Source: Macrostomum lignano
Lineage: Eukaryota
Direction: 5' to 3'
Length of the DNA: 64,000 nt
Assembly (NCBI GenBank): GCA_002269645.1
Contig: NIVC01000426.1
Span: 372,001 to 436,000, forward strand
The notes beneath the pieces were generated by a model, which saw only the letters and a program-made list of their open reading frames with translations, had not been told where the DNA came from and did not search any database. Made by a program: the position numbers and the translations under genes. Shown in pieces: positions 58,420-64,000 of this stretch. Numbering within the stretch: the stretch's first letter is position 1; every line of letters begins with the position of its first letter.

Positions 58420-59150
58420 ACAAAGTACGCAGCCCCGCATGTAAGGTCACAGCAACAGGAGAACAGGGCGTGTTAGATGGCGCGCCGCAGAGCCTGAGAA
58501 CAGACGAAGTCCGCCCAGTTGGCAGTGTCGGGCGCCTCGGCGTCGCATAATAGGAGGCAGTCCACGTATCGACGGGTTTGGGCCTGACCCCGCCTGAACG
58601 GGCCCTGCAAGGTGATCAGCAGGACGTCTTAATTGAACAGGTTGGGAGCAGTAGCAGCCCTCGGTCCGGATCACGTGACCCACCAGTTGAATTCGCCGCC
58701 GGCGCAGGATGATAGACGGGCGCTGCAGCTTGGCTCGATCGTACAGGTCCTCGGTCCCGACGCTCTCGCTCGTCAGCTCGAAAGGCCGCACGGAGCAGCC
58801 CTGAGTGCACCGAGTCCAACTGCCGCTCCAGCGTAGCCGTCAGCGTCCACGTCTCGGCGTTGTAGAGCAGGACGGTTTCGACCACCGACTGCCACAGCCG
58901 CGAGCCCTCTGGCGGTCGGTCAGAGCTTCAGACTGGAGGACGGCTCGGATCGAACGAAAGGCCGCCCAGGCAAGTCCTCTGCGCCGCCGGAGGTCTTCCT
59001 CCACGTGGGGGCACCAGACCGCCGAGGTAGGTGAACCGCTGGCAACGTGCGAGCTGGTCGTCTGCCCGTCTGCGCCGCGGCACGTCAGGTTCGCTTGGAT
59101 GTCGGCCGGCACAGTCAGCACCTCGGTCTTCAGCGTATTTTGCATGATTG
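58420..59150 (-). mobile_element. Decayed RTE-like non-LTR retrotransposon fragment (C-terminal part of the RT ORF, frameshifted)
   Basis: EEDLRRRRGLAWAAFRSIRAVLQS, VETVLLYNAETWTLTATLERQLD and LRRRRIQLVGHVIR across three frames match the post-RT region typical of RTE/RTEX elements. Confidence 0.72.
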
Positions 59151-60179
59151 TAGCTATAGTGGTCCTTAAGTGTAGTCTAAGGAATAAAACCTTATTAGTA
59201 GATCATTATGTATGTGACATTTATTAGACAGAATTTTGATAAGCCTAGATGATTTTTGTGCGCTGAGTTCTTTTAGAGCACTATAGCCGATGTAAATGTA
59301 GGCGTAAATAAAACATGAGTAATTATCTGATAGAATTAACAGTTAATGGTCTTTGTTCTCTTAATTTTGTCATTTTGAAGCGTCAAAAAAACGAGTTTAC
59401 ATGTATGATGCGATTATTTAGAAATTTGGCAAAATTAGCGGAATTTCTCTAAGGGTGCCAGTGGATGTCATGTTTAGGGCTACCTTTCTCAACTTAATGA
59501 TCCATAATCTCCTAAAGCACTGATTAAATTAATTGTGAAATATTTCCCTGTTTGAGCGTTGGGGATCCAAAGTTCTGCGTGGTTTGAATTTTTGGCTGCA
59601 TGCATGCACGAGACCAGTTGGAACCTGCACGTTGCATATTAACACAATTCGATGGAAACGGTTGTGTGAGGAATGGTGTTAATTCCAATTAATTTACTGT
59701 ACGTTCAAAATTTATAGAAAACAATAGGATTAGGATGGCACCTTTTTCCTTCCTATAATGGAACTTAGTATAAAGGCCAGAGTATTATTTATAGGGTGCA
59801 AATGCGCAATCGATATACGCGCAGACAAAAGGCGCTAGTTTCGAGGGGGGTAGCTTCAAGGGAGAGGAAATTTTAAGCAAATTTTTGTTTAAAAGAGGCA
59901 AGAGCTAGGCTAATCCTTTTCTTTTCTGCAGGTTGCGCAACTGCGACTTTGCCTTTCTTTAACTCTCGCTATCCTAATTTACAGATCTGTCCAGATAAGC
60001 GAATAAAAAGTAAAATTTACCTATAGCTATTCATGTATGTGAAATTATCACCGTTAAGCGACAGACAATAGTGAGCATGTAGCACAGTTAAATTATTATC
60101 TAATAACTCCTTAATGAGGCTAATAACGTTTTTTACATAAATAATCCAAGCATAAAGTCACTCAATTTTGTTTTACTAG

Positions 60180-61140
60180 TAACTGGAAGAGATAGTAAGT
60201 CACTGGAAGAGGTAGTAAGTCACTGGAAGAGGTAGTAGGTCACTGGAATAGGTTGTAGGTCACTGGGAGAGGTAGTAGGTCACTGGAAGAGATAGCAGGT
60301 CACTGGAAGAAGTAGTTGGTCACTGGAAGAGGTAGTAGGTCACTGGAAGACGTAGGAAGAGGTAGTAGGTCACTGGAATAGGTTGTAGGTCACTGGAAGA
60401 GGTAGTAGGTCACTGGAAGAGATAGCAGGTCACTGGAAGAAGTAGTTGGTCACTGGAAGAGGTAGTAGGTCACTGGAAGACGTAGGAAGAGGTAGTAGGT
60501 CACTGGAATAGGTTGTAGGTCACTGGAAGAGGTAGTAGGTCACTGGAAGAGGTAGTAGGTCACTGGAAGAGATAGCAGGTCACTGGAAGAAGTAGTTGGT
60601 CACTGGAAGAGGTAGTAGGTCACTGGAAGACGTAGGAAGAGGTAGTAGGTCACTGGAATAGGTTGTAGGTCACTGGAATAGGTAGTAGGTCACTGGAAGA
60701 GATAGCAGGTCACTGGAAGAAGTAGTTGGTCACTGGAAGAGGTAGTAGGTCACTGGAAGAGACGTAGGAAGAGGTAGTAGGTCACTGGAATAGGTTGTAG
60801 GTCACTGGAAGAGGTAGTAGGTCACTGGAATAGGTTGTAGGTCACTGGAAGAGGTAGTAGGTCACTGGAAGAAGTAGTTGGTCACTGGAAGAGGTAGTAG
60901 GTCACTGGAAGACGCAGTAGGTCACTGGAAGACGTAGGAAGAGGTAGTAGGTCACTGGAAGACGCAGTAGGTCACTGGAAGACGTAGGAAGAGGTAGGGT
61001 CACTGGAAGAGGTAGTAGGTCACTGGAAGAGGTAGTGGGTCACTGGAAGAGGTAGTGGGTCACTGGAAGAGGTAGTGGGTCACTGGAAGAGGTAATGGGT
61101 CACTAAAAGAGGCAGTAGGTCCCAGGACGATGCACTGGGT
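60180..61140 (+). repeat. 20-bp tandem repeat (GGTCACTGGAAGAGGTAGTA) with recurring higher-order variant blocks
   Basis: Direct observation. Confidence 0.94.
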
Positions 61141-61766
61141 CACTTTTTCAGAGATAGCAGGTCAGTGGAAGATGCACTGAGGCACTAAGTCGTGTAGCGC
61201 CATAAAAAGAAAAGGCTCCCAAGGCTCCAAGGAAGCGGTTGGTCTTGATTTTCGCACAAAAAGACACTGTGAATCGTTATGGAAATGCATGAACAGCAGA
61301 AGCAAGCAATCGGGTTTTTTCTTCTCTGGCTGCAAACTAGCAGCTGAAATATTGGCACATATCCGCTTAAATGGAGGCAGTCGCTGAATTTATAAAAAAA
61401 ACCAAGAAAACAAAGAATTCAAAGAATTTTCTGGACGAAAAAGCAAAGAAATGTTTTTATTCTGAACTTGCTTTATGAAATTCCGTGGCAAACTGCGAGC
61501 TTGGCAAGGCGGTGGAATTTGGGACTGGGTATAGATAATATACAGATTGGCAGTATGGCGGAACCAAAAATACTCTGCGTGAGACACCGCCACATTCTGT
61601 CAGTCAATTTTGGCACCCAATATAAATGGCATTGTGTACGCCTTGTTATTATTGGAATGTTGGCAGAAAACGTTTGCTTTTCTGCAGAGGATTTTGAGGG
61701 GATGGCACACAGGTGCAAGCTCTATTCCCTGCTTTGTGGGACCACGTGGCACTTGCTATAGCCAGA

Positions 61767-63281
61767 CCCTGGTGCTGGCGCCCCTGATGCTGGCGCCCCT
61801 GGTGCTGGCGCCCCTGGTGCTGGCGCCCCTGGTGCTAAAGCCCCTGGTGCTGGCGCCCCTGGTGCTAAAGCCCCTGGTGCTAAAGCCCCTGGTGCTAAAG
61901 CCCCTGGTGCTGGCGCCCCTGGTGCTAAAGCCCCTGGTGCTAAAGCCCCTGGTGCTAAAGCCCCTGGTGCTAAAGCCCCTGGTGCTAAAGCCCCTGGTGC
62001 TAAAGCCCCTGGTGCTAAAGCCCCTGGTGCTAAAGCCCCTGGTGCTAAAGCCCCTGGTGCTAAAGCCCCTGGTGCTAAAGCCCCTGGTGCTAAAGCCCCT
62101 GGTGCTAAAGCCCCTGGTGCTAAAGCCCCTGGTGCTAAAGCCCCTGGTGCTAAAGCCCCTGGTGCTAAAGCCCCTGGTGCTAAAGCCCCTGGTGCTAAAG
62201 CCCCTGGTGCTAAAGCCCCTGGTGCTAAAGCCCCTGGTGCTAAAGCCCCTGGTGCTAAAGCCCCTGGTGCTAAAGCCCCTGGTGCTAAAGCCCCTGGTGC
62301 TAAAGCCCCTGGTGCTGGCGCCCCTGGTGCTAAAGCCCCTGGTGCTAAAGCCCCTGGTGCTAAAGCCCCTGGTGCTAAAGCCCCTGGTGCTAAAGCCCCT
62401 GGTGCTAAAGCCCCTGGTGCTAAAGCCCCTGGTGCTAAAGCCCCTGGTGCTAAAGCCCCTGGTGCTAAAGCCCCTGGTGCTAAAGCCCCTGGTGCTAAAG
62501 CCCCTGGTGCTAAAGCCCCTGGTGCTAAAGCCCCTGGTGCTAAAGCCCCTGGTGCTAAAGCCCCTGGTGCTAAAGCCCCTGGTGCTAAAGCCCCTGGTGC
62601 TGGCGCCCCTGGTGCTAAAGCCCCTGGTGCTGGCGCCCCTGGTGCTAAAGCCCCTGGTGCTAAAGCCCCTGGTGCTAAAGCCCCTGGTGCTAAAGCCCCT
62701 GGTGCTGGCGCCCCTGGTGCTAAAGCCCCTGGTGCTAAAGCCCCTGGTGCTAAAGCCCCTGGTGCTAAAGCCCCTGGTGCTAAAGCCCCTGGTGCTAAAG
62801 CCCCTGGTGCTAAAGCCCCTGGTGCTAAAGCCCCTGGTGCTAAAGCCCCTGGTGCTAAAGCCCCTGGTGCTAAAGCCCCTGGTGCTAAAGCCCCTGGTGC
62901 TAAAGCCCCTGGTGCTAAAGCCCCTGGTGCTAAAGCCCCTGGTGCTAAAGCCCCTGGTGCTGGCGCCCCTGGTGCTAAAGCCCCTGGTGCTAAAGCCCCT
63001 GGTGCTAAAGCCCCTGGTGCTAAAGCCCCTGGTGCTAAAGCCCCTGGTGCTAAAGCCCCTGGTGCTAAAGCCCCTGGTGCTAAAGCCCCTGGTGCTAAAG
63101 CCCCTGGTGCTAAAGCCCCTGGTGCTAAAGCCCCTGGTGCTAAAGCCCCTGGTGCTAAAGCCCCTGGTGCTAAAGCCCCTGGTGCTAAAGCCCCTGGTGC
63201 TAAAGCCCCTGGTGCTAAAGCCCCTGGTGCTAAAGCCCCTGGTGCTAAAGCCCCTGGTGCTAAAGCCCCTGTTGCTAAAGC
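61767..63281 (+). repeat. 15-bp minisatellite (CCCCTGGTGCTAAAG, variant CCCCTGGTGCTGGCG), about 100 near-perfect copies
   Basis: Direct observation. Confidence 0.97.
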
Positions 63282-64000
63282 TATTTGTGTGAAATTGTTT
63301 CGCTCAAAAAAATTTCGGGAATTTTATTCAAGTCCCTGCCAAATGGGGAGCTCAATGCATACTCCTAGTAACCGTGAGCGCAAGAGTTTTGGTGGTACAG
63401 AGAGAGAGAGGAACGGAGGGACCAGGGTCAGGCGTAAGATGAGGATTTAGTTAGTTAGAGTAGCCAGATGATGGAAGCCGTTTGGGGGTGTCCAGGTGTG
63501 TCAATCCGTCCTCCGTACATCTGTGGCAGCGCTACCTATATGGAATTGAATTTGGACAGAGGCTGAGGTGAACCCACTGGCTTGGCAGCAGCAGAAGTCG
63601 CGTGCTGTCAAGGGGAGAGCAGGGAAACGGATTGAGAGGGGAGAGCAAACTCTCCAGAACTTGCATAATTGATGCCGTGAGAGGAAGCTTGAATAATGGA
63701 CAAGTGGGGGAGGCTGAGGCAGGCAGGAATTGTTGGGAGGAGATGAAGCCGAGAGGCTGAGAGGAAGCTGCAATGATGCTGCTGGACAAATTTGAGGTGC
63801 AGGGGTGCAGGGGCGAGGGAAGGCAGTCTCCACACTGAGTCCCATTCAGCTACTCTGCCATTGTCCGCCAAGCCCCCACCACATAATACAACAAGGCCCT
63901 GTCAATCAAAAACCGCTGGAAATGATGACGATGCCCCTGGAGTTATAGCACGAGAGCAGCATCCGTGACCCGCGCAAAAATATAGACCCCAACCCTATCC

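Noticed and set aside
12354-61140. CRISPR-like appearance of 21-45-bp repeats
   Set aside because: The arrays are head-to-tail with no unique spacers, there are no cas genes, and the context is eukaryotic and intronic.
61610-63292. 560-aa ORF of (PLVLK)n
   Set aside because: Produced by a 15-bp unit that keeps frame. There is no synonymous variation, no splice context and no homology.
63400-64000. Possible decayed CR1/L2 3' end on the minus strand
   Set aside because: Only weak, frameshifted resemblance with no diagnostic motif; a tblastx or HMM search is needed.

Overview
Eukaryotic (metazoan) genomic DNA with GT-AG introns, GC-rich exons and very repeat-rich introns. The style resembles Macrostomum-type flatworm assemblies, but that is an unverified inference. 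I reconstructed seven spliced protein-coding genes by hand: a NIPAL2/3-like Mg2+ transporter (3' part), a PARL-like rhomboid protease, NAA30, an orphan coiled-coil gene, a very divergent Cys-loop receptor subunit, cytosolic Hsp90 with a four-HSE promoter, and PSMD1/Rpn2. There are about 18 distinct tandem-repeat families, mostly intronic, including an 8-kb 28-bp satellite. Mobile DNA includes CORE-type tRNA-SINEs, several MITEs, an 8.1-kb TIR-bounded element and an RTE-like fragment. The standout locus is 28621..31872 on the minus strand, where a structurally conserved but sequence-divergent U2 snRNA gene has been hit twice at the same site by two different restriction-like-endonuclease (NeSL/Utopia-type) retrotransposons. 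One insertion is flanked by a 243-bp direct duplication carrying the whole U2 3' half plus flank, which may be an exceptionally long target-site duplication that regenerates the U2 gene. Most long ORFs in the supplied track are repeat artefacts. All coordinates were counted by hand; repeat boundaries are approximate.
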